NCBI GenBank assembly: GCA_002633005.1
Contig: NMRA01000050.1
Coordinates: forward strand, 40,317-104,316
Reading direction: 5' to 3'
Length of the DNA: 64,000 nt
Source of the DNA: Phoronis australis
Taxonomy: Eukaryota; Animalia; Phoronida
A program made the translations under genes and the position numbers. The notes beneath the pieces were generated by a model, which was not told the origin of the DNA, made no database searches, and saw nothing but the letters and a program-made list of their open reading frames with translations. Below, piece after piece: positions 1 to 12,600 of this stretch (positions are counted from its first letter, which is position 1; each line of letters opens with the position of its first letter).

Positions 1-768
1 GTAGTTCTGTTGTACGCAATAATAATAATTTTTAACGGGTACGCTGCAAGATACCGTAGAATATTTCTGAAGTGACCAATTTTGCCCAAAATATAATGTT
101 GCGCATTTTCAGGACGTAATCAGAAATTGCATAGGCTTGGTCTGAAAAGTTAACGGACTCCAAGTTGTTTCCGAGTGTATGTACCATTTGTAAACTGAAT
201 AAAGACGAAGACAAGGCCAGTGTCATATTAGCAACTGACCAAAAAAGAGACTTTTTGTTGTTTTTGACTGAAAGTAAAATATTTCATACCGCATTAAAGA
301 TGACCCTTACCTTTCCATTTTTGGTCAGTATTTTTGGTTGAAATCACAATCCTTCAAGACACATAATTAACTTCGATATTGTGTTTACGTTTGTGCCTGT
401 TAAGGCAAACCAGTGCCATTGATTATGACCGGGATCTGATTCAAGTCGTGCCTTTAGTGATCAATCCGCCATATTCTACCTGTCTGCGTAGGCGGAACAT
501 CTACATTTTTAGGCAATTACAAGCAAAACAAAAAGACTTGGAAAAAGTGATCTTGCACCCAGTCCAATCCCTTAAGCTGTCAGTTCAAGTCTCAAAGGAA
601 TTTACGACAAATTTGATATCATTATTTGAATTTAAATACGGAATGCATCACAAAACACACTAACAATGACCTATAGATTCCGGAAGTCTTAAAACGACTG
701 TTTGGCGGTTCTGCACAGGATTCAAGGTAATTGAATGTCCACCAATTGGTTTTGAATACTTACTACAT

Positions 769-2446
769 AGAATGCCACCCGATTTAATTAGTCTTTTTGC
801 CGTCTTAATTGGTCTATATCCACGTCGCCTCGTATGTGGTCGACCTTACCTTGCCAAGAGGTGTCGCGTTAACCTGTGAGGAAGGTGAGAAACGACACTA
901 GCGACGTCAGTGGTTCATTTGCAGAGTGAATGCCGCTATGTTGCGGTGCATGGTTCCCGCTTGTCCGAACTACATGTAAGCAGCCGCGAGGAAAGCGGGT
1001 ACATCGTTTTTGTTTCACTTCCTCGAGAGTCCAAAATACTTAGGAAGTGGCTCATGGTAATGAAGAATGAAATGTATGAGGCCGTGAAACATCTCCGTGT
1101 CTGTGGCCTGCAGACGTCGACAGTGCCTGACGAATGCCGGCGTACCAAATAACACCATACGTTCCGTTGTCTGAGATTGTTCACGGCGCCTCTCTAGTAT
1201 TTATCATGTTCATCACTGTATTCCTGTTCGAATTGATAGCCTGTAAAACTTAACGATCCACCTGCAAAGTCGGGACTGATGAGCTCTAGCTCGTCCTAAG
1301 TCGGGATTCCTACTTGCCATGTTGGCGTTTATTATTGAGCGTTCTGTTTCAAAATGAATTATTCTCACCCTAACCAATACTTATATAAAACTGTAACGAA
1401 GTCTGTCTAATTAGATGCAATTTGTAATGCCTTTAGAGTGTTCGTGAGTGCAAATGATTTGAAAAGCCAGCAATGAATAAATCACTGCGTTACCGGCTTT
1501 AGGTGCAATAAAACTAACTGACGGGTCACCGAGGCCGCCGGTGTGAGCTCAGGCTAATTTAGTGTTTGCTGGCAGAAACTGTTGTGAAATAACTCGATTT
1601 CCATCCCACGGCCAGGTGTTAGGGGAATCTTAATTTATTTACATTTACATTACTCAAATAATGATTGTCACTGTACAACTTCTGCCCTGACGGTGCTGTG
1701 GCCTAAGCGGAACCTGAATTCGCAGTCCCCGACGAATAAGTTGATTTGCAGTTTCGTGGCTAAATCACCTACATAATCAGGTGCACATTACTTTGGCTCA
1801 CTAGTATAGTATTTTCTTGACTGGAAGTTTAGTTTCCACTGAACTCTGGCTGGTTTATGTTCTTGATGTCTGATCAGTTTCCGAGCCACTGCCCGGGATA
1901 ACGAGTCAATCCTGCCGGCCGCGACGGGCCTGATCCGGCTCAGAGCCACTGGCCAGGATAACAAGCGTTTTGTGTTTAGAACTCAAAAAATCACAAGTCT
2001 AAACAACACAGATCTAGGTTCTCCTGTCTGTATCTTACGGAAAATACTTCGAAATTATCTCCGAACAGACCCCAAACTCCTGCTACGGACCTTATTGGCC
2101 TGCCGAACTTTGTAGGTTACGGTGTGTCCAAATATCAGTAAATCCGTAACAGCGAAATAAAACAACACGTTTTTATAAGAACTCGGTGTAATTTTGAGGG
2201 TTTTACATCGAAGTTTGATGACTTATTGGTGTTAAACGATGACTTCAAGCGACAAGCTGGCACCAGTAACCCGTGCTGTGAACTGCTGAACAGACTGCTT
2301 GTGAAACCGATGACGTCATTGGATAATTTCAACACCTCCGTCTGCCGTCAGGTGTCAGGTAACGCAACCGCACGTGTCGTAATGGAGTAGAACTACTCGA
2401 TCTAAATTGATACAACATAGGTTGTTTTTTGGGGTGGCGTATTTCT
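769..2446 (+). mobile_element. Kolobok-like non-autonomous DNA transposon, copy 1 (left end slightly eroded), with degenerate THAP-like remnant
   Basis: Aligns by eye over ~1.68 kb with 46785-48455. Ends AGAATGCCACCC...GGGTGGCGTATTTCT followed by TTAA. ORF 910-1152 has THAP-like motifs (LPRESKILRKW...LRVCGL). Confidence 0.7.
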
Positions 2447-2528
2447 TTAAGAAAATAATTCGTATAACCAGTCCAACACATTGGACCTGTAGTAGCCAAA
2501 TCCTTACAAATGCATACGTGTATAGGCA

Positions 2529-2801
2529 CAGTCGCGGATCCAGGATTTTGAGTTAGGGGTGGTGGCAGGGCACAGGAATAACCAGAATTTCGCCACATGC
2601 GCGCGCCCAGCCTGAAATGTAGGCATGCAGGGGTCTCGAATTTTTGGGTTTGTGGACCTTACTACTAAAAAAACGGCAAATGGGGTTTGTTCAAGGCATA
2701 TGCTGGTCAGCAATTCGCACCCCGAACTGCCAAATGGTATCTGGGAGAATTTTAGGGGGCCATGGCCCCCTTGCCCAGCCCCCCCCCTAAATCGGCCACT
2801 G
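2529..2801. mobile_element. MITE with CAG...CTG termini (hAT5-like family, 5-bp TSD)
   Basis: Ends CAGTCGCGGAT...ATCGGCCACTG. Internal similarity to 23597-23757 and 32404-32569. Flanks AGGCA/AGCCA form an imperfect 5-bp duplication. Confidence 0.6.
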
Positions 2802-3281
2802 AGCCATACCAAAAATCAAGTACGTAGGCAGGTTCAATTGATAAAACATGGCTCTTTTCATATCAGGTCCTAGTTCACGATGAAAAGTCGTTATTACAGG
2901 CATACCGGCATTGTAAGAGGTCTGGAAGGGCCATTGGACTGGTCTCGGGCATTCAAAAAGGCCACAATAATAGTCCTGAAAAGCTTGTCAACGAGTTTGA
3001 GCTTTAAAGTTTTGAAGATTGACTTTTCATTAGTTTACTGTGAATTGAATGAACAGATCAAAAACGTAAAATAGCCGCATGAGAGGTCGATCGAAACAGA
3101 AGGACAATCTTTAAGTGTATAGCGATTAGAAAGTTTAGCTACATATAGTGTCGAGGAGTTTTTCAAACTTAACCGATTTGATCATTGTGCTGGGACACTC
3201 AACAAATTTCTCTATTCTGGTCATTTGTTCTGGAATGTTTAATATATGGAAACGAGTCGTGCATGTTATCTTCAATTTCAG

Positions 3282-3617
3282 TCGGTCCTTATACTGTGAA
3301 GCTCAATGCATACAATTCCACCATTCAAAATCGAGACGGGCATAGCATCCTCCACATCAATGTCGGTTACATAGGAGCTATCACCTGCACAACGGACAGC
3401 GTGAATCCGAAAGCAGGTGTTCAATGGCTACCGCAAGACTTTGGGCAACATGGAGATATGAGTAGCGAACTTAGCTCAAATGAAGGTAGAACGTTTACCA
3501 GAAGCATATCATTCGAATCTAGCCTGGAAATGAACACGAAGGTTATCACGTGCAGGGCATGGAACTTTGGAGACACGTCTCTGGAGATTGCTCAAAACCT
3601 GACGATTCACACACTGT
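3282..3617 (+). CDS. Ig-like (C2/CD80-like) exon of the Ig-TSP1-TM gene
   Basis: tttcag|TCGGTCCT...CTGT|gtaagt; 336 bp; ITCTTDSVNPKAGVQW...ITCRAWN. Confidence 0.8.
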
Positions 3618-6600
3618 GTAAGTCGAGTAAACGATCCAACCTAAAACCACCCATTATTACAACGTCTGTACAGTATATTTCTAATAGTACCAGACAAACA
3701 CTTTGAAGTTGATGGCGTATGGCGAATAAGGCGGATACAAATCAAATTAAACCGAATGTTGTTTATGTTACATCAAAGGGAGACATAATCTTTATTTGGG
3801 TTAAGAAATTCACAAAACCGCATGTCCTAGTATTCTCTACCAATATAATCGTCGTAGCATTTAGATGTGGTACCTCTGGAAAAATCTATAATAACTGTCA
3901 ATCAAATGGCAATGATCTTAACGTGAACAACGCTGAACGTGCTCGCACACTAATCGTTAATTCTTATTACCGCTTTTTCTGATCTAGCTAACGGTGTTGG
4001 ACAATTTGGGTCTTCACGAAAAAGAGAGAGATCTCCACTAAGACTAAGTGAGCCAACACAAGACATTGCACAAAAGAGAAGCCAGTAATATGAACGGATT
4101 TTACTTGTAGGCATAAAATGGAAGTGCTCCAACAAACAACTAACCTACCGAGGTTACGCATAGAATCTGATTGATTGTAGGGTTCAGCAATGTTTCAGTT
4201 TTGCCTTCTCTAACTTATCTTCACTCAGTCATTTTCCGGTTCCCCTGTACCTCATGTTGTCTCGTTTGATCAACCATAACTTGCGTAGCATAATTACTGC
4301 ATGCATCTCTGAAATGAAGTCATCGGCCAAGTGAAAAATTATGATAATGTTACCTCTATGTTTAGAAATAAGGGTCCCGTGGCGCATTTCAGTATGAAAA
4401 ATTATTAGCTGTGACTGTAAGATCGCAAATTCGATAGGCGTGTTTGTAAAGGAAAATCAAAACGTTTTAAAAAATCTAAAAGTGCTGTGTGGTTTCTCTT
4501 CCAAACAAGTAGAAAACAATTCAATATGGATAAAAAATGATTCAGAGACTTTAAATCTGAGTACTTGATTCGACTTCATATATATTCTGTAAAGCGTTTT
4601 CGCCTGCACGTATAATAGCGCAGTTAAGGGCTCCAACACTACTTCTCTCGCATATGATCGTCTTATACAGCAATTTCCGAGAGGAGGTTGCGGGTGGTGG
4701 TTGGTCTGTATCAAAAACATCCAACTGACGGCACATCTGTCTGTTAGCGGGGAGTAGTGCACACTTGCCAAACACCCGGCTTCTGGCAGGGCCGCCCCGA
4801 TTTTGAAGCTTTGTCCAACGTACCCCACAACATTAGAATGTTCCTTTTGATGGCACTCGTGGTGAATTTTAAATATTGTACTTTTTGTCCTCCTCCACGC
4901 GATTTACCATTTTCCAGTTCAATTTTTCTGGCACGACTAAAAATAAAGGAGTTGTAGTCTGCATATTTACGCTATCAACGTATCCACTAAGCAAAGATAG
5001 ACAGAGATACATGTAACAGACAGCCATTTGACAAGAATCCACATACAGCAGTATTTTGAACTTTTTTGTAAAATACGTCTATTGAAAAGCCTTGGTACCA
5101 ATTGTTGCGTTGAAGAAAAGATTGCGATCGAAACAGCCTACTGCGTATAGTTGTGGGTTTTGCGGCAGGCAGGTGCCACTCGCCTGGATCCAAACCTTCC
5201 AATTTTCATTTTCGACTAGTATAAAGTATAGTTCAAAGACTTTTCATTCAACGTATGCTGTTAGGACTCATATTCTCCGTGATCGGCAAAATCAATACTT
5301 TTGCCAGTTTTATCAAGGCGGTATTAGAGATTCACGAAAATTTTAAAACAAATAAATACCCGCTCTTCCATCTGACATCATCTTCCTGAATGTTCAAGCC
5401 AAAATGACTGTCGGACCATCGAACCCGTGTTCCCTTTTGGTTTCACATCTTCGGACTATTGGTCTAGTGGATCTTTCGGCACTTGACAATTTCTATACGA
5501 GTTTCGGGGCATTTTGTCAACGGACGGATGACGACCGAACTTATCACAACAGATGTGGAACAATGACTGACTCGACTGCTCTCACAGTCAGGCTGTATGA
5601 AAAGAAATTGGCACGAAATTCTTGCCTCCCAAAACGTCACTTCCGGAGTAGAGGATGAGAAATTAATTAAATTACGAAAAACTGTAATTAAGTGGAAAAT
5701 ATGTCTGGGATAATCAACAGACCTGTTTGTGTTAAAAGTGACATGAAGAAAGGTTGCCTTCGCCTTTAATACCAGGCTGACCTTGTTGTAGGGAGTTGGA
5801 TAAGCAATAAAAAGGTTTGCGAGCCTGTGGCCCGTGTTTTAATCTCTGAACCCTGACCGGAAATTCAGTGGTGTTCCCTCTTGTGAACGCGACACAACTG
5901 TCAACTGTGAAGTCAGGTGTCGCGATAAGGCAATGGGCTCTCGGATTAAAACAATACTCACGGTGTGGTCGAATAATAGTTCATTATTGTTACTGGCTTG
6001 AGTAAAAATATAGGTGCAACAAATCATTTGACTATGAAACGAGCTTCAATATGCATACGAATTTTGTTACAGAAATCAATAAAACGTCGTAGATACACGA
6101 TTCTCAGTTAAGATGCGTGTGTCAAACCAGTTTTTCAGCCTCAACCGAGCACTTTCGCTGGCTCTTATTGATCATTTGTTTTCATGCAAATACATATTGC
6201 AGACGGTCCAACTCTAGTCAACATAACACACAATAATGGGGGCTTGGCGAGTGGTTCATATGCTGTGATGAGGTATAACACGTACTTCCTAAATTGCACC
6301 ACCGATGACGTGTTTTCTGGCCTCACGTGAAGGTGGACTCCAAATGGGCTTGGAATAGAATCGCGCACCACATTTTCCCGTCGATTTCACGGTCAACTAC
6401 ATGTGGCTACAATGCAATTCGTTGCCCAGAGAAAACATAATAACCGGCAGGTGATGTGCGAAGCTATGAACAACGAAACAACTCGTTACCGAGCAAACCA
6501 GACTTTTACGTTAAACGTGACATGTACGTATATGTTTCTTAATAACCTTAGTCTGGATGTTCGTGAAATCATTAATGAGTTTACAACAATGAAGACAAGC

Positions 6601-9600
6601 TGCCACGCTATGTATCCGTGCATGCTACGATAATAGAAGCCGGAAGTTCAGCGGCTGGGTTTTCAATTTTTTTTAATTATAATTAGCCAGAAGTAAAATT
6701 AACCAAATTACTTTTAAACATGCTGGTAGTGCACTGCGAGATGTGTCGTGCAGATATACCTGTAGTTATTGGATTCCCCTTGCAATTATGCTCTCTGAAA
6801 TCTCATATCGCGTACATTGATTCAGTACAAATCTCCTCGAAACGCAAACTGTTGCAGAACTCTAAAAAAATCGAGTTCCATGCCTCATCGAGTGCTGCTA
6901 GATCCACTACACCGCTATCCCATAAAGTTTGCTACTATGCCGTTTTGCCGTTTTTCAGATGAATAAACATTCTCGCGTAGTGGGATCACACCTCTAGAAA
7001 TTGGTGAAGTACTTATATAAACTGACGCCAGTGATCACGTGCAAGCGGATAGAATTTTCGTTCTGAAAATATGCCCAATTTTAATCTATCTATTTATCGT
7101 GTATTCTGGTGGAAGTGTATGGGAAAGCCTTTTAACATTGTGCCTGTCGAAATGGTGACGTCTTTGAGATTCATATTTTCAAAGACACATGTGCTGTCTG
7201 TAAATAACTCGTCTCAAACACGCAATTTGCAACCGAAGCACGCTTAAATCATTGACTTTTCTATTCGAATTATCATTTTCTTTCCCAGCTTTACCACGAT
7301 TATTTAAATTGTTTGTTTCCCTCTTGCCTGAATATCAAGTTTTATCATATGGTCAAGATGCCTAACCTCTGTCTCAAGAATTTCGAAGTAACGTTCAACT
7401 GTCAAATTCCAACACCTGTGTTTATCTACCCCTGATCATGTCACTTCTGCTGCCCAATTTCCGTACACGAGTCTCTAAGTCGAGCTAGCAGCTTACTATA
7501 TTTTGTAGTCGGTCCTGACAGTCTCGTATTCTTGTTAACTGGCGGGAAGGGTCAACTTAGCGGCGAAAAAGCAACATTGATTTCTGGAAAAGATTACGTT
7601 TTGAGTTGTATGACGCATCTCACCAACCCCCGGGCGAACGTCTACTGGTCTGTACCGGATAGTATGGCGTCCAACGAAAGCGGCATAGGTCAAACGTCCG
7701 GGATGTATGATGGCATCATGTATCACAGAAACTTGTCGTTTACGGCTGGACAGCACCTTGACGGCGCTGTGGTCGTTTGCAACGCACGCAACATGGTCAC
7801 GTGGCGATTCAACGTATCCAGGCAACTGAAACTCGTTATTGCTTGTATGTTCATTTCGAATAGTTCCTAAAAAGAAATTCCGGTAGGTCACGTGCACCAG
7901 CATGTTCATCAGACACAGGGGATTTACGAAGTAGCCCTCGTGAATCTCCTTGGCTTTGTTGACCCGAGGTCAACTTGAACTGTGTTTAACCATTCTTTTA
8001 GGAGACGACCGATACATCTAAAATTTCGTCAAAATGTACTTATTCCGTCAATATCGACTTTTTTGGAGGAACATCCATCTAATTTCGTCGAAACGTTTTC
8101 TCAAAAAGTGCTCAATGCCTTTTTGGTAGTCTCCAGTAATGCTTCTTTAATGAATTTTTCGACATGACATGAAGAACGTATTGTGTTCAGTTGCAGTACA
8201 CACGTCGGTATATTTTAGCAGATGTCTTACCATTACATTCACGTGTCGCCGTAATACTTGTACTTGGTTTTCACAAAAAATGTAAATGAAACCCGGAATC
8301 GATAGTGCTACTTAGTTTTCAGTTTAACAACAATTACTTGGTGATGATTTTTCCTAAATATTACATTTCGTGGTCGCATTTCCCGTTACTTGCTTTTGAA
8401 AGGAATATGATTAAGATGCAAATTCTTACATTTCTAGATGGTCCAACAAGAATGATTTTGCGTGTCTCTGGGGGATATTTGAGCGCAACTAACACCACGC
8501 ATGCCAAGTTTATAGCGATTGCGGGAAAGTCATATCAGTTAATCTGTCAGACGGATGTCGCTACTCCTGGCGTTCGCGATTTCACAGTTATCTCCCCTTC
8601 TGGAGAAGCGAAGCAACTGGTTGCCATAGAAGGAGAGAATGGAAAGATATTTAACAGAGAGATAGAATTTGATGCCAAGATACACTATAACTTGAATTAC
8701 CTGAAGTGCATGGCCTCTAACCTATTTAACCCTCGTATAAGGGCGACGTTGGTGGTGCAGACCGAAATAATCTGTAAGCATCAGCTGGATGCTTTTGGTA
8801 ATGACAACGTTTGTTACATAGGCGGATTTAGGGGGGGGGCCTCTGTGAAGGACGGCACGTGGTCACTTGTTGTGGGCGGCAACTACACGTTTTCTTGCGA
8901 AACGGATTTAAGCTACCCATCCGTGCACCTTACTTGGTCACTGAGTGGAGTGAAACGTAACACCACGAAAGTAGTACCTGGCAAATTTGGCGGCTCGCGC
9001 GTCACCGGTTACATTGACTACACCCTATCGGCATCGGACCAGTCTTTATAGTGTCTGGCTTACAACACATTTGACGATAACATTAATACAATGAAACTGG
9101 TAAAGATTTTTAAACCCGGTAAGTCTACGCACGGCTTAATACAGTGCAAGCAACACGCTGCTACTTCCGTCATGTCACCGTTCCCCACCGTTCGAGCCTT
9201 TCGTATATCCATCCGCTGTTGGTTTCCAAACAGTTTATTAAGCATTCCCACTAAAGACTGACCTGCCCCACTTTGTATGCGACCAGGTTCCTGGAAACAA
9301 CGTTATCAACTGTCTGCATCATCGCCCAAGCGCATGTGCGAAATGACGTAAATTGCGGCGAGTACCAACGTTGAATTAAGTCGGTTGTATTGCAAAAATG
9401 GATTAGACATATTTGTTCCTTTGGCGAATATTCAACTTTGTTATTTTTAAGTATTTAAAAATAAGCATCATTCGATGTTTTCGTGAAAAAGGAATTATTT
9501 AGTTGTCAGAAAATAGATTAGTTTTTCTAACGTGAAAATGCACGAAACATTTTAGTGGAGGCTGCAGTGAAGATGCGTTAACCTCACCGGCGGGCCAAAG

Positions 9601-12600
9601 AGAGGTTCAGCGCCTAGAGTTTCACTCGAAAAGTGCCATACGAATGCCCACTAGTCAAAAAATGATTAACGTGTTCACAGAGGTTTACTTACTACTGCGG
9701 CAGGTCGGAAGACACTGGTCTGCAATGGTGGTGCTAAAATTAATTATTTCATAGTATGGTAACAACCACACAGACTGAATAAAAGAAAATCCCTAATTCT
9801 ACGGGTCACCACGTTTGCTTTTTTCCTTTTCTCATACAAAACAGTGCGGCTTTTCTTTCTAGGGAACTACAGTGTCACGATGTCATCAAGAAATGACATC
9901 TTGGTTGCAGCGTCACCGCGCGCATTCGAGCCAAGTTAATAATGCAGGCCACATTGAAGTATCAAACAGAAGAAAAAAAATATTAACAATTATTCAGTGA
10001 AAATTTTACTTACATTAATATCGTTTTTAAAATGGAACTTATTCGCCATGTGCAATCTTAATATGGAGTTTTAACTCCGTTTTAACTTATTAAAATAAGC
10101 AATGTAACACCAACAAACTATTTTAAACATGACTTGTCGTTATACAGTAGCAATTGCTTTCGTCTTGTAAATAAATAAAAATGATACTTGTAATTTGTAA
10201 GAAGCAGCTCGGAAGGGTGACCAACTAGCAATGCTGTGTGACGTTTGATGGCTCTGCCACATGGTGGCAGTCGTTTTACTTTCTGATGGTCTGTGTCATA
10301 TATTTTAGAAATGTTTGGCGTACATTTATTCTGCTGTCTCCCAGTTTACAAACCGAGATCCACGCAGTGATTTACGAAAAGTGATTCATTAATGTTACAG
10401 TTGAAACCGTGTAATACTTGCATAATATGCAACAAATTATACATTCAAAACCAAGGAATGGTATTTGTGTAATATGACCAAATTTCTTTTGATATAAATA
10501 CTCAAAATGGGATCTCAAAAATGCTATACAATTTTAACTTATTACTTCGTTTTCATTTCATGTAACCTCTAAAAATTTTAGTCTTGTATACCCCTCATAC
10601 AATCTTTTTTTAAAAAACAACTTTTGACAGTGTAACAGTTCTGGAGAACAGAGCATAACGAATGGAATCAGTGTTTTGAGACTCCGAAGTCGGCAGCGTT
10701 CGAAGATTTTTTCTAGGATTCTACATCATCTTAATTAATTTAAGATCAATTAGTCACATCTGTTGAGAATCCTGCACGTGCCCCAGGTTTCTCACAAGGG
10801 AGAAAATGTTCAACCACTTCATAAAACTTTTATGAAAACGCGCATTTGCAGTGTAAGGTAAACTCGGTTACTTTTTGTTAATACAGCCCGGCTGTGCAGT
10901 AGGCCTAGCCTATACTGCAGACGACAGTGGCACCGTGACTGCTAGCCATCCAGCTAGCTGTATAAAGACTGTCGTCAAAATACAGTTAGGTACATAGCCG
11001 GGCTGCCTCAAAAAATAAAACAGCAAGAGCGTAGGAAAATGATGAATTCATTAATTAACCCCGGTCATTAACATTACACGACTGAAACAAGAATTAAATG
11101 TGTGAAGTTTTAGTGTGTTTGGGGGAGGGGGGGGGGGGCTCATAAACAATTTCAAGTGTCAAATTCGGAACACGGCGCAATCGTAACGGATCTATGGCTA
11201 AGTATAGGCTCTCCCGCGATATCCCAGGCGACCAGCAGTGGCGCTGCGCACTACGACTCCGTTTCCTTCGTCTGCTTTACTCTGCAATGAAGAAAATTAC
11301 TTCATTTTTTAAAGATAATGGAATCTGAGTGACGATGAAAAAACAGAAGCTGCTCGTAAGATGTGACTTTTAATCGAAGCCTTAGTGAATCACTCAGAAA
11401 CTCATAATTCTGTCTTTGTCAATCCGTAACCTAAGATGATTTCCAAAGCAATAGCGTCATTAATGCCAACCCAAAAAAACGGATTTGGTGTTTTGGACAA
11501 CTGAAGTCTATTTTAAATACAAAAAATTTGTTACGAAGTGATTGCACAAAATATAAAAAGTCTAATAAACATTACAAAAAGAAGTAGGTTTCGAGCGCAA
11601 ACTCTGTGGACCATAAACAAGTAGTTCTCTTGGTAATCAAATACCACTGAAATTGTGGTGTTGCAGTGGTAAAGCATGCGCGCTATTATACGCCAGGTCG
11701 TGAGTTCGAGTCTGTGGTAAAAACAGTTTTTCAACTTTGACACGTTCTCCGTGTTTGTTGTCTTTGCTTTTTTGTTAGATGATACTTCAGGAATCAAGGA
11801 AAATGCTTGATTTAGACGAAAAACAGAAAAGTTGTCTTAGTCGGGAGGGGTGACAAACCCCCCCTTCCGACCTCTCCCCATTCGGTGCTATACGCATTTA
11901 CAATCGCGCTTTGCGCAATGTGATATCCTAGATCCGCCACTGAGGTACCAGCTGTGTGTAATTCTTCCATAGACCCCGAAATTGCAAACAGCCATGTTAG
12001 TTCTGCTCGTCACCACGCCGTGAAACTTGTATCAACATGTACATGTAAAGCTAAAGACCGGACGGGGTGCATGCAAAATCTGGGAATCAACGGACACTCA
12101 CCTTGCCCGTTACAGTCGTTTAAGTGAAAGACAATGCAATAAACATCATTTTCTTGCGTAACTCTCCGCCTTTTCTAACAATGAAAAGTACGTCGTCGCT
12201 TTGAAAATAATATGCTCATGTCACGTGCACGTGCCATTTCCTAAGTTTTTGCGACATCTCTCGGGAGATGATGATAGCTTGGCAGCAGCAAAATTTCTTC
12301 TGAAATTCGGTTTTCCGGATTCAAAATTCTAAAAATTTCAAACGAAGTGAAACCAGTTCCGATAATTTGTTGTGACGTGTACGCAACCCCGTGAAAGAAG
12401 AACAGTTGATTGAAGAATCGACGAAAAAAGAAACTGGCCAATAGGTGACGCGATATTTCAGGGCGCCGAAAACCGTCGCTAAAGATCGCTCCACAACTTT
12501 AGCAGCAGAATAACGGTAGAAAGCCACGTTTTCCAACGTAGTTAAATAATTTCGTTTAATCAAGGAAGACTGTAGTTTTTAATGACACTAATTTTGTGTC

